From positions 1 through 64,000 of the forward strand of contig NW_021834223.1 of the NCBI RefSeq assembly GCF_006345805.1: a stretch of DNA of 64,000 nucleotides. Direction: 5' to 3'. The position numbers and the translations under genes are program-made. Positions 13,600-26,412 of this stretch are shown here, in pieces; position 1 is the stretch's first letter; each line of letters opens with the position of its first letter. This stretch comes from Octopus sinensis (lineage: Eukaryota). The notes under the pieces were generated by a model. It was given only the letters and a program-made list of their open reading frames with translations, was not told the DNA's origin and made no database searches.

Positions 13600-14357
13600 T
13601 ACTGAACTTAAGGTTTCAGTTTTAGTTTGGATTTCAGTTATTTTACAGCTTCGTTGTTTCTTCTTTTTCTTCATAGTTGTTAGGTACTATAGCTTCTTTC
13701 TTGTATTTGTCAGCTTCCTTAAAGAAAGAAAGCAGTCTTTTGCTTTCTTCATGTTTTGTGGCTATTTGCATAAGTTTGCCTTGCTTCTAAGGTAGGTATT
13801 TCTGTAATCCTATGGTGGTTATTATGTGATAGTTTTCTTACTGTGTAAGGCCTCTACCACCTTAGATACGGTCAGATTTTGGGCGAGGCATCCAACATCT
13901 TGTCATTATTTTTCTTGTTTTCCTGCCCCTTTAGATTAGTACATTTAGAGTCTCGTTAAGAATATTGTAGCTGTAACTTATAACTGGGACGGCTAGAGTG
14001 TCAATACCTAATATCTTGTTTTTCGCATTGAGCTCTGTTTTCAGTATTAATCTAGCTCGTCTATAGTATTCCTTTCTCATCCTCTCTTTCCTTTTCGTAT
14101 CGTATCTAGTTCATTGATTCCTAGAATTTGTATGTCTAGATTTGATTTAATTCTCTCATTTCATTTGCTTTATGTAGTGTGATTTTGTGACTCTTAACTA
14201 CTTTTCCTATTTTCAATGTTGCTTTGGCACATTTTTCTAAGCCAAATGTCATGTTTATTTCCTTTGTAAATCCATGTACCGTTTGTAGTAATGTTTCCAG
14301 CTGATTATCATTCGTAGCATACAGTTTTAGATCACCCATATACAAGAGATGGTTGAT
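13600..14357 (-). mobile_element. Decayed R4/Dong-like LINE fragment (copy A): RT motif and post-RT region
   Basis: INHLLYMGDLKLYA (degenerate YMDD), FGLEKCAK, ILKTELNAKNKILGIDTLAVPV, GGRGLTQ. Confidence 0.85.
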
Positions 14358-15149
14358 TGTAAATAATGTACATAATTCCTCATCTCTTAAATATAGAACA
14401 ATAAATTCCTAATTCCATATTCAACGTTTTGCGACCTTCACAATTTGTCATTTTTATGAAAGGGAATAGATTTGCCGTGGGCAGTGTTACTTATATAGGA
14501 AATATATTTGTATACTCTGTAAGTATATTTATATAGTGTTCGAATAATAGACATTTTAGCCAAATTTGTTTATGTTTCTTAAACTCCGCAGAAACATGTT
14601 GGTTTGTATCGGTCACCTTATTTTCATCATTCGGCTTCCGTGTCAGTTGCGTTTTAATTGTTTGAAGCCTGTTTATTTTAGCGTTGTTTATGATATGTCT
14701 ACGGTATTGATGATCATACTTATATGGAACTTTATCATTGAACCGTTTCGTATTGTAGCTCTAGTGCGTGTCCTTTGTGGTAAAGGCATGGTGAGCTTAC
14801 ATAGGATTATTGTAATAACAGGTAGAGTGCAACAGATGGGGTCTTAAAGTTTACTACTTTCAGTTATATAATTAAATTTGTATACTACTTACATTATGCA
14901 TACACACACACACAGACACACACATATGTAAATATATATATATATATATATATAATATATATATATATATACATTGGTAAAAACGGTAAGATAACAAAAG
15001 AAAGAAAGAGACCTCAATATTATGTAAATAGAGGAAATTTATCAGTAAAATAATATGTTACAATTACACAATAGTCAAGATAAAACTCTTTTTATGTGAA
15101 GTCGTGTGTCGAAAGTAAAAATATTTGATTACACCTGCGTTATTTATTC

Positions 15150-15180
<31 letters not shown>

Positions 15181-15203
15181 ATATAGATATATATATATAT
15201 ATA

Positions 15204-15266
<63 letters not shown>

Positions 15267-15284
15267 ATATATGTATGTATATAT

Positions 15285-15464
15285 AGGTGCAGGGTTAGAT
15301 GTGCAGTAAGTAGCTTGCCTCCCGAGATGAGTTTAATTAAACTGTCCTGAGTCTACTGATATTGTGTGACACATTGGGCAACAGATTTCTACTATCGCAG
15401 TAAGTCAACCGGAGCCTTGTGAGTGGAATGACAACAGGAAACTGAACGAAATTAGTCGTATATG

Positions 15465-15495
<31 letters not shown>

Positions 15496-15723
15496 ATGCA
15501 TGTGTATATATACATATATATATATATATTGTTATATTTCGGAATGGTCATTTTGCCAGTTTAGCCAATAAAAACACACGCACTATGTATTTGGCGTAAT
15601 TTTGCTTTAGTTATTGGCTAAACTGGCAAAATGGCCATTCCGAAATATACAATATCTGTTTCAACACACGACTTCACATAAAAAAATCTTGCACAACAAA
15701 TATATAAACGTATATATATATAC

Positions 15724-15792
<69 letters not shown>

Positions 15793-16025
15793 CTGTGTGT
15801 GTGTAAGTGTGTATATGTATGTATATGTGTGTGTGTGCCTTTGGGTTTGTATTGTCCCCCACAAGTGGTCTTGATGTGTCTAAGTTCCCGCAACTTAGCA
15901 TTTCCTCCGAAGCATCTCATAGAATAAATGCGACATTGAAAAGCAGCATGATCAATTAGTTCTACTACTGTCCTTGAAAGCGGTGCCCCAGCCTGACCGC
16001 AACTTAATATCTCGAACAAGTAAAT
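15285..16025 (+). mobile_element. Diverged SINE family B, split by microsatellites and a foldback element
   Basis: 5' half at 15285-15470 and 3' half at 15835-16025 match the 37837 copy. Confidence 0.7.
15532..15705 (+). mobile_element. Foldback element (inverted arm plus forward terminus), Penelope-like
   Basis: Arms tatttcggaatggtcattttgccagtttagccaata / tattggctaaactggcaaaatggccattccgaaata. Second copy at 18986-19130. Confidence 0.6.
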
Positions 16026-16065
16026 AGACTACACATGTGTGTATGTACGCGTGCACCAAATGTTA

Positions 16066-16113
<48 letters not shown>

Positions 16114-16376
16114 CTCCTGCAATATCTCAGTTTTTCATGATTAAATATTTATAAGCACACACAGTGTCTTTCTAAAGAAAGACTGTCAACGACTATTTGT
16201 ATGAAATATATTTTCCTTAATAGGAGAATCGTAATTTTAAATCAGTTCATGATGCTAAATATTATTCTAATGTAAATGGAAACAATGCACTTTGCATACA
16301 CATACACATACAAATTTTCATAGTCTGACATACACTTACGTACGTATATATGTATATCTATCTATATATATATATA

Positions 16377-16462
<86 letters not shown>

Positions 16463-16585
16463 ATATATTTACATGATTAGATACAGAAACACACACAGAC
16501 ACATTGAAATATATATGTATGTCTACCTGTATGTATATGTATACATATATATATATATATATATATATAGGTATAAATGTATATG

Positions 16586-16617
<32 letters not shown>

Positions 16618-17557
16618 TGCGCCAACCCCAAAACAGACTTTGATTGCAAGTCAATGAAAATAACCCAGCTGCTCGACATTTTCAGAACAAATAGAATTTA
16701 TTATGAATTCTCAAAGAAAGGCTGTCAAGTGCCTTACTCGCTTGGCCACACACGCACACACGCACACACGCACACACACACGTATGCACACACATATACA
16801 CACACACACACTCAATAAAAAGACATGCTTGTGCATATGCACACACATACACACACACATATATATATATATGTGTAGGTTATGAGTGTGTACGTGTATG
16901 TATATGCATGTGTGTATCAAGGCAGACTGACAAAGAACAACTGTATAAAATTATTTATGGATGTACAAAAAAGAAAAGTGCTTTATCTCACTGTCTTTTC
17001 TTCATTTACCATTTTGTCAGGAGATCAATTATCGCCCTGTCTCCTTATTCTTTCCATGCTTTCCAATGCTTGTGATAAGAAAGGAGTAGTCTCATCGCGA
17101 ACTGAACATCTGTTGCTACATTGTGATGCCATCTAAAGACATACACCTATAAGATCTATCTTAAGTTTAAACCAATATTATACTATTGTTATTTACTTGT
17201 GTTTTTGTAAATTTTTATTCCATATCACTATTGACGAACCGCAACATTCGTTCTGACGCAGGTAACAATCATTCCTTACATCTCCGAACGGTGTATCCGA
17301 AGCAAACCTCTCTTTGAACAAATGTAACAGGGTTTTTGCATGCAATTAAGGTTTTTTGCTTTTCAAACTTATGCGTGTATTGTAGGTTACTATTAGTGAC
17401 AGAATCCCTACGAGTCGGAGAAAATGTTTGGTGTCATATCTATCGAGACTTTACAATCTGAGTTTAAATTTCGCCAAGTTTTATTTTGCCGTTCATCCCT
17501 CCGAGATCGATAATATATCGATAAATTTCTGGAGTGTCAATTGTACCGAATAACCCC

Positions 17558-17650
17558 TTTCCGTATTGTAACAGGTTCTATTTGGCCATGTCTAGTAAGT
17601 TCACCTTCACCAATTCAATGAAATAGTGTTTACTTATTAATGGTGAGATA
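17558..17650 (+). repeat. 93-bp direct repeat, copy 1
   Basis: Matches 18877-18969 with 4 differences (manual comparison). Confidence 0.95.
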
Positions 17651-17655
17651 CTGTT

Positions 17656-17855
17656 CTTTTACTCCTTTACTCTTTTGCTTGTTTCTGGAGCACCGCCTTT
17701 AGTGGAGCAAATCGACCCCAGGACTTATTCTCTGTAAGCCTAGTATTTATTCTATCGGTCTGTTATGCCGAACCGCTAAGTTACGGGGACGTAAACACAC
17801 CAGACCGGTTGTCAAGCGATGTTGGGGGACAAACACAGACACACAAACATTTACA

Positions 17856-17887
<32 letters not shown>

Positions 17888-18054
17888 CATATGTGACGGG
17901 CTTCTTTCAGTTTCCATCTACCAAATCCACTCACAAGGCTTCCGTCGGCCCGAGGCTATAGTAGAATACACATGCCCAAGGTGCCACGCAGTGGGACTGA
18001 ACCCGGAACCATGTGGCTGGTAAGCAAGCTACTTACCACACAGCCACTCCTGCG
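17656..18054 (-). mobile_element. Full-length SINE family B (CORE-like, tRNA-derived)
   Basis: Reverse complement of the 37837-38276 copy, with head, CORE-like block, linker and tail. Confidence 0.9.
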
Positions 18055-18179
18055 ACTATATACTATGGATATATTTTCTCATTAAACTTGCCTCGCGGTG
18101 AACTTTCTTCACGGTGAATTGATGGTGGTGAACTTACTTGTAATCGTATTTGGCAGCAAATAATCATTCCTTCGGAAGA

Positions 18180-18480
18180 GATAGATGCTCTTGTAGTGTC
18201 GTCCTACCTAAGTACATCTAAGCACTCCCAGTCATGGAGGTTGCAGACTGGTCTCCTCCAATCCTTTGGATACTTCTGGATAACTATACGGTTCTTTCTC
18301 TTTCCTAGGAGCTTTTTGAATTGTCCGACCTAGTAGAATTTTTATCTTCAGTATTTTGTGATCAAGTCGCTCAGTATAATCCCTTCACGAATCTCCTTGG
18401 ATGTTCTCTTGTATTTATATCCCTCTCATGGATCTTTCTGTGGCCTCTTGTCTCTCAAACATTAGCTGTTCTTCCTTTTC
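18180..18480 (-). mobile_element. Decayed RTE-like LINE 3' fragment
   Basis: The minus strand reads KIKFY*VGQFKKL...RIVIQKYPKDWRRP, resembling the RTE W.GH..R...W.P..KR..GRP region. Confidence 0.5.
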
Positions 18481-18876
18481 CCCAGTCATAGTAAAGCTGC
18501 GAGAAATTACTTGGCAACATGGCTACATAAGCATACTACTCACCGTTCTGTTTAATAATTTCGGTGAATAGCGTATTCACCTTTTATGTCAAGATGCCAT
18601 ATACTTGAATTTCTTACATATTTATGGATAGCAAACCTACTTGTATTTTGTACCAGTTCATTCAATAGAAGGGTAGAGAGGGAGAGGGAGAGAGATATGA
18701 AGAGCGGGAAAGAGAGTGCTGCAGTGAGAGAGGGATTATATATGAAAAGGATTTTCGTTGGGCTTCTTCATAAGTTTTTATTTTTATTGAATTTCTCTGG
18801 AGGAAGACCAGTGGATATGGTTCTCACAAAGACTGATCATAATAAGGTTTCAACTATGCCTCCAGTAGATCTACAG

Positions 18877-18969
18877 TTTCCGTATTGTAACAGGTTGTAT
18901 TTGGCCATGTCTAGTAAGTTCACCTTCACCAATTCAATGAAATAATGTTTACCTATTAATGGTGTGATA
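18877..18969 (+). repeat. 93-bp direct repeat, copy 2
   Basis: Matches 17558-17650. Confidence 0.95.
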
Positions 18970-18985
18970 TTATTATTTTACTGTT

Positions 18986-19130
18986 GTATTTAGGAATGGT
19001 AATTTTGCCAGTTTAGCCAATAAAATCACACGCACTATTGGCTAAACTGGCAAAGTGACCATTCTTAAATACAACAATATATGTTTCAACACACGAATTC
19101 ACAACAAAAATCTAGCAAAACAAATATATT
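18986..19130 (+). mobile_element. Foldback element of the same family as 15532-15705
   Basis: Same arms and the same tail (tttcaacacacga...). It is absent from the duplicated site at 17650-17656. Confidence 0.65.
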
Positions 19131-19262
19131 CTTTTACTCCTTTACTCTTTTACTTGTTTCAGTCATCTGACAGTGGCCATTCTGGAGCACCGCCTTTAGT
19201 CAAGCAAATCGACCTCAGCACTTATTCTTTGTAAGCCTAGTACTTATTCTATCGGACTCTTT
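19131..19262 (-). mobile_element. SINE family B tail
   Basis: cttttactc...ggagcaccgcctttagtc...cttattctttgtaagcctagta. Confidence 0.85.
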
Positions 19263-21490
19263 TAATCCATATACAGCTTTGGGGTATCAAAATAACAATG
19301 CCCTGTGCAGCAACCAGAGCACAAGCAAACTATTCATACATGCAATATGACTATTCTAATTTGAAAAATTCAGTAAAAACAAAAGATTGCTAGCATTGGC
19401 AAACATGGGCTAACATAAGCAAACAAGCAAATTTTAATTAGAAACATCGAAACACATCCGCTAGGCCTCGTCAGTTGCATGCAACTTGCTGAGCCAATAT
19501 ATTGGTTTTCAAAAAGTTTCTAATTGTAAAGGCAATTATTTATGGAGATTGATTTATTACACCTTCACTTAATAATATAGAAATCAAAACTTTGTGAACC
19601 ATGAATGTACCTACTTAAATAATTCCGTGAAGAGATGTGTACATCGAAATCTTGTTGCTGAATTTAGTGTGTTATCTTAACAGTTATCTTCAAAGTGAGA
19701 AGTGAAATTCATGCGTAGTGTATATGGGATAATGTTGAATCCTTTTAATTTATATTGTTTCATGAAAAGACAGGGAAAAGTTTATTTCTTACTGTGTGCT
19801 TATAAGGTGTAATTCAATTTATTGCCATCAAATGATAGAACTGACCTTTGAAAATAATGTCCCATTTTCGTTGTTTGCGATTGGGTCTTTTGAGGATTTG
19901 CCAATAATAATATAATGCGGATCATTGATTTCTACAGTCTAGATTAGCGTGTGTTGTGTGTACTGTACAGATTTCTTTATGAACCAACTACAAATGTAGC
20001 TGGTTTATAAATCCGTTCCTCAGATTGACTGATGAAGCAATGTTTTTCGACATATGATATTTTTTATCCGGATGGTTACATATCTAAATATACATGATGG
20101 TGACGATGTCAAATAAAAGATACTCCGTCTTAGGTTTTATTGCTGTTTTCAATAATGAACCCTCATTTTATATCATTACTATTATTTTGGATGTGTGGAT
20201 GTGTGATGACAGTGGGATTAGAGGGTGGGGGCTAGCAGCCATAAGTATTATGATATTTTAATTTAATTCTAAGACACAAGCAACTTAGTTTCTTGGCACA
20301 AATAACAGACAAATAATATATTATACCGATGTTCCTTAATATTCCTAACAACAAAAGATGAAAAAAAAAATAATAAAACGAGACAAAATATATAAAAAAA
20401 AAGCTAAAATTCTAAACTCGAAATCATTTATAAAAAAAAAAAATTCCATTATTTCGTGACAAGCGAAAAGACCAATAAAAGGAAGGATATTCAAAAATAG
20501 AAGCATTTCAGTTCCATTTCTGACGTATTTAGAATTCTAAAGCTAAGCTGTGTAGCAGAGAGCGAAATGAGTGTTTAATTATCATTAGACATATAAACAT
20601 ATATCCATAATATGTGTATGTAATTAGGTATGCATCTTATGTATGAGTCTATTTCTATACACATCCTGTAGGCAATGTAGTAAAAACTATAAGATTAGAT
20701 ACAGTACACATCTCAGTGGGTTTTCCATCTTAGATCTATATTTTCTTTTTGAGAAACTATAGCTGCCATCCTGGCATAAAAAATAAAATAACGACAGAAA
20801 GAGACCACCTAGAGTTCTTAGTACTTTCTAATTATTTTCAAGCTAGCTGCCATTAAACAGTCTGCTGAACAACATAACCATCCCATACAGGAATTCATAT
20901 TTAAACTAAGCTTATAATTACATTATTTATTCTTGGTTTACACCTTTCGGTTACCAAGCTAGGAAGAAAAGATAAAAAAAAGAATCCGCATACATACATA
21001 TATTTAAACATACATACTTTTTATACATAAATTTATATATATATATGTATGTGTGTGTGTGTGTGTGTGTATAAAAGAGAGGGTTGGCATTATATTCGGA
21101 TATACATAGAGCTGTGCAATTATATTCATGAAAGCTAAAATTCACGCGCATACACAGACGCTCATAAACACGTAGACGTGTAGGCGTGCGCTCACATAAA
21201 TGTACACATGTGTGTACATGCATGTAATTATATATGAACATATCTACGTATACACATATATGTGTATGTATGTGTGCGTATGTGTGTGCGTGTCTTTATA
21301 ATTGTTTGTGTTTACGTTTACATACGTACACATATATTTAAATACATCTATGTACACGTATATATATACATATATACACGTATATATATATATATATATG
21401 TATGTATATACGTATATATATATATATATGCACGTACATAAATATATATATATATATATATGAATACATACATACGTACACACACATATA

Positions 21491-21536
<46 letters not shown>

Positions 21537-22415
21537 CGTACGTACACGCGCACACATATACATATGTACGTATGTATGTATGTATACACATATACATGAG
21601 TGTGTGTGAAGGAGCATACAAAGCGCAACGTAACATTTTCTATGTAGGTGAACAAAAATCAATAGCCAGTATTATATTAAATGAACTAGTCTAATTAATG
21701 ACAATAGCCAAATTACTGTACAGTTATATATATATAATGGCACAGTTTCGCTTCGGTTAGCAGAAATAATTTTCTGTATTCTGTTATTCTTGTATTTATC
21801 AATTCAAACATTTCGTTATAGTCTTTGTTTGTTTTATGTATCCGTTATTTATCTTTGTCTTTTTTTTTAATTCCTTTTTCGATATTTTTTGGATTTTATT
21901 TTACTTTATTTTATCTTTATTTTTGCTCTCTCAACCTACGCTCTAAATCCTACCTATACGTCAATGAACTAATTATATAATATTGATTGATATTTCAAAC
22001 TGAAATAGCTGATTGATTAACACATACACATACATTGAAATATACACGCTTACACACACAAACACACACACTCACACACACATATATATATTACATATGT
22101 ATTTGCATATCTGTGCGTATAATTATATATATATATATATATATACATACACACACACGTATGTATATACATACGTATATATATTAACGTATATATACAA
22201 GTTTGTGGCATTATCACATCTGCTTAACACGCAGAATGTCGTAACTTCGAAATTTGCTGGAACCTAGAAATGGCATATCTTGCCCTGCGCTACCAGCACA
22301 TAAAAGTGACCGACATGCAGATAAGATACATTGATCTAGGAGGATTTGCAACCCCTGAGTCAAAATTAGTGCATGACCTGGGCACTTTCTAAGTGCGTAT
22401 TACGAATTTGCTAAT

Positions 22416-22742
22416 TTAAAAGACTCCGCCGGTTACGACGACGAGGGTCCCAGCTGATACGATCAACGGAACAGCTTGCTCGTGAAATTAACGTGCAAAT
22501 GGCTGAGCATTCCACAGACACGTATACCCTTAACGTAGTTCTCGGAGATAATCAGCGTGACACAGAGAGTGACAAGGCTGACCCTTTGAAATACAAGTAC
22601 AACTCATTTTTGCCAGCTGATTGGACTGGAGCAACGTGAAATAAAGTGTCTTGCTCAAGGACACAACGCGTCGCCGGGAATCGAACTCACAACCTTACGA
22701 TCATGAGCCGAATGCCCTAACCACTAAGCCACGCGCCCTCAC
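22416..22742 (-). mobile_element. tRNA-derived SINE (head type 2 plus tail X) with a target-site duplication
   Basis: A-box-like GGCTTAGTGG and B box GAGTTCGATTCC. TSD gaatttgctaat at 22404-22415 and 22743-22754. Confidence 0.9.
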
Positions 22743-22754
22743 GAATTTGCTAAT

Positions 22755-23455
22755 AAAACGCAGGAGGCTAGCTGGATGGATCCTCCGAAATTTCAAAACA
22801 AGAGAAAAGGAGACGGTGGTCCTTTGGGGCGATGGGGGGGGGGCATCCTCGGCTTCTTGGATTGCTACTCCCAGCAGTGGTCACCATGCAACGTGGGATT
22901 TGGCGACGTAGCTCAGGGCGGTCCAGCGGGGCTGCACAAAGTAGGTGCCCTCAGTGTAGCGTATCGGCTGCTGGGACTGACTGAGGGAGTTAAAGCTCTT
23001 TTCTCTGGGGCGGGTGCGAGAGGGACGTGCAGTGATGTGCATCTGGAGTGTCTTATAGGGCCTTGTGCCAAAACTTGACGTTGAGGGTTTCACAGGCGGC
23101 CTAACGGGGCGCCACTGCGTGGCTGTGTGGTGCCGGGTATTTTAGCGACTCCATCGGGGTGCAGGCCCGGGTGCTGTGGCAGCTTGGGTTTGGGGGGCCC
23201 ACGGCTCTTGAGTGTCCTTCCGTGGTGCCTGCAGGACTTGTAGGGTGTGGGTGTCTTCAGTGCAGGACTGGATCTCCCCCTCTAAGGTGCTCCAGATGAG
23301 TCTACCTCACGACAGAAAACTCAGATGAGGGGCAGTGGCATCAAACTACCTCATTCACCAAATACCACATATCAGAGACTTCAAATAATGGTGTAGCACA
23401 GTCAGCGCTGGTGCCATAGCACGACGGCGACTATGAAACTGAAAAGATTTAAAGA
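22755..23455 (+). mobile_element. 5'-truncated CR1-like LINE with an A-to-G hypermutated core
   Basis: RRLAGWILRNFKTREKET aligns to RRLAGWIFRTFRTRDQET at ~48980; colinear with 48980-49660. Confidence 0.9.
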
Positions 23456-24355
23456 CTTATATATGCATATATACATAGATATACACATGGAAAAATTTAT
23501 GTATATACAGGCATACAGTAGATAGGTAAATAGATTTATAGATTTATAAATAGACATGTATGTGTGTGTGTGTGTGTGTATGCGAGTATTTCTTTGTGTG
23601 TGTATTGCATTTGCATGTATGGAGGGTAAGCCATGTACTGCAACAACTTTTTGTAGACAACCATCTACCGTGTCTATATGCAGTTACTATTCTTAATCTG
23701 TAATAACAGAACGTCAATCTCTCGAAACTACCGTTTCGCATAATAGAAATGAGCGTCATATGGTAGCATACATATTCTCTTATAAACCTAAGAAGACTTG
23801 GATAATAGATCTGAAATCAGCAAAATATTTGCTGATATGATAAATAACTACTTGGCGTGGTTTTTATAGAAGCATAACGTAAATATGCTTATGTATTTAT
23901 GTGATTCTTTTATGCTATATAAATACCATTCTGAGTAGAATGATGTTCCGTGCTTTTACAAATTTAGTCCAAATTTTGTCGACTTCATCCATTTTCTTAC
24001 CATCAATTCAAGGGCAGTAACATAATGAACAAAACCAGTATAGTAAATGAGTATAGTAATGTAAGAGAATGGAAGACGATGCCAATCAGGATTTATTGAG
24101 AACGTCCGGATCTGAATTTTGAGATGGTACGCATAATCATTCGGCCGGTGTTTTGGAGGAATATATTACGTTAAAAGTCATTCGGGCTTGTTCTCAGTGT
24201 GTTGTAAATATCCTGTTTTCTTTAAAAGTTTATTTATGACCGTCTAAGACACTTTCAACAAAGTAGATAATAAGCAAATAGATACATAATAATCCACACA
24301 CGCAAGCGCATGCGCATGCACACATATACATAAACAATACTATTGTAAAAAAAAT

Positions 24356-24926
24356 GGCGGCGAACTGGCAGAAACGTTAGCACGCCGGGCGAAATGCGTA
24401 GCCGTATTACGTCTGCTGTTACGTTCTGAGTTCAAATCCCGCCGAGGTCGACTTTGCTTTTCATCCTTTCGGGATCGATTAAATAAGTACCAGTTACGCA
24501 CTGGGGTCGATATAATCGACTTAATCCATTTGTCTGTCCTTGTTTGTCCTCTCTGTGTTTAGCCCCTTGTGGGTAGTAAAGAAATAGGTATTTCATCTGC
24601 CGTTACGTTCTGAGTTCAAATTCCGCTGAGGTCGACTTTGCCTTTCATCCTTTCGGGGTCGATAAATTAGATGCCAGTTACGCACTGGGGTCGATGTAAT
24701 CGACTTAATCCGTTTGTCCTCTCTGTGTTTAGCCCCTTGTGGGTAGTAAAGAAATAGGTATTTCGTATGCTGTTACATTCTGAGTTCAAATTCCGCTTAG
24801 GTCGACTTTGCCTTTTATCCTTTCGGGGTCGATAAATTAAGTACCAGTTGCATACTGGGGTTGATCTTATCTACTGGCTCCCTCCCAAAATATTTCGGGC
24901 CTTGTCCCTAGAGTAGAAAAGAATAT
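24356..24926 (+). mobile_element. SINE family A: one head followed by three tandem body units
   Basis: The body restarts at ~24588 and ~24758 (gtatttc...gttctgagttcaaattccgc). Confidence 0.92.
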
Positions 24927-25469
24927 GTTTTCTCCCCATACATACATTTATATGCTGCAAAACGTAATTTGAAAAATTATGATTTTTTTTGGCAACGTCC
25001 CCTACTTCCCAGGATTGTTTCTGTTTATAATTTAAAATATTGGAGAGCTTATGAAGGTCATTGCTGGCATTTATCCACAGGGATTCAAAATAAAAAAATG
25101 ACGTACGTAGAAGATTATTCATTTTAAGAGCATACTTTTCTGTTAGAAAATGTTTTTTCTTACACATACACACACTCACCTATGCTTGATTGGTGTGTGG
25201 GTAACAATTTAAATTAGAATTTTTTTTTTGTTACTTATACTCCACCAAAGGATCATGCTTGTGTTACTTCGGCATCTTCATTCCATAAAATGTGTTTAAT
25301 GGGAGAAAAATATTCAAAAATCCTCAATACATGTGAGAGTGAACAGAGAGGGTCGTTTGGGATTGCTAGAAACAACAGCCAAATATCCCTTGAATTGTAC
25401 ACCTTTTCCTCTGAAAATATTTATATTTTTCTTTTCATTTTTTTTTCTTTATTTGTTTTTGTTTTTTTA

Positions 25470-25990
25470 CCGAAAAGGCTCGTCGCAAGTTTTTTAACTT
25501 AAAAATAATTGTCCAAAATCGGTACAGAGTGTAATGGGGTGGATTAGGGAGTGGAAATTTTCAAATTTTTTTTTCATAAGAAGATACCCCCCTCCCCGCC
25601 TGCCACCATTATTTCGAAGGCTGTGATTTAGAAACATGGGGGAAATCCCCATCAAAACACAGTACTTCCAAACTATTTCGTCTTCCTGATCCGAAACTCT
25701 GTTTTTTTTTAAACTTCTCTCCCTATTCCCTCGGAAAAATATTTCCCCACAAACTTCTTCATAATCGTCATCTACGCCATTTGAAAGGTGTTTGTATAAA
25801 ATTTCATTAAAAGATATCAATTTTCCTGAAAGTTATGAAGGGAAAAGTTCGGATCGTGTGAATTTTCCGAACCTCCTCTCCCCAACCCATAGAAAATTCA
25901 TATCATTTAAGCAGTATTCTTTGAAAATTTCGTTAAAAAGTATCCATTTTTCTGGAAGTCATGAGGCAACGAATTTCGATGGGGTACACA
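25470..25990. mobile_element. Possible non-autonomous DNA transposon or Helitron-like remnant
   Basis: Repeated aaaatttc(a/g)ttaaaa motifs of the kind seen in such elements; no termini identified. Confidence 0.25.
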
Positions 25991-26175
25991 TCTGTCGTTA
26001 TGCCGGACCCTCTATTGAGAGAGTTAGAGAGACAGAGTGAGCAAGAGAGGGAATATACCCACAGGGAACAGTGGGGGGAATATAAGTAGTAGGGTGTCAG
26101 CGCTTTGGTGTGGTTTTTTTAGGGCTGGATGCCCTGTTTCAACAAATGATACAACATGAACGAAAATCAATGTAA

Positions 26176-26412
26176 ATATATTTATATTTTTATATTTCTT
26201 TACTACCCACAAGGCGCTAAACACAGAGGGGACAAACAAGGACAGACAAACGGATTAAGTCGATTATATCGACCCCAATACGCAACTGGTACTTAATTTA
26301 TCGACCCCGAGAGGATGAAAGGCTAAGTCGACCTCGGCGGAATTTGAAGCCAGGACGTAGCGGTAGACGAAATACGGCTACGCATTTCGCCCGGCGTGCT
26401 AACGATTCTACC
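26176..26412 (-). mobile_element. SINE family A copy
   Basis: Near-identical reverse complement of 24356-24586. Confidence 0.92.

Noticed and set aside
14566-14847. 93-aa hydrophobic ORF with possible splice sites
   Set aside because: No recognisable family; hydrophobic frames arise readily in T-rich DNA.
17575-17594. VVFGHV (cyclophilin-like) and LYLAMS (FGF-like) peptide resemblances
   Set aside because: They are six-residue matches followed by stops, with no flanking similarity.
22776-23093. GC-rich ORFs (100 aa on +, 70 aa on -) as a novel gene
   Set aside because: They are by-products of A-to-G changes and frameshifts in the CR1-like copy.
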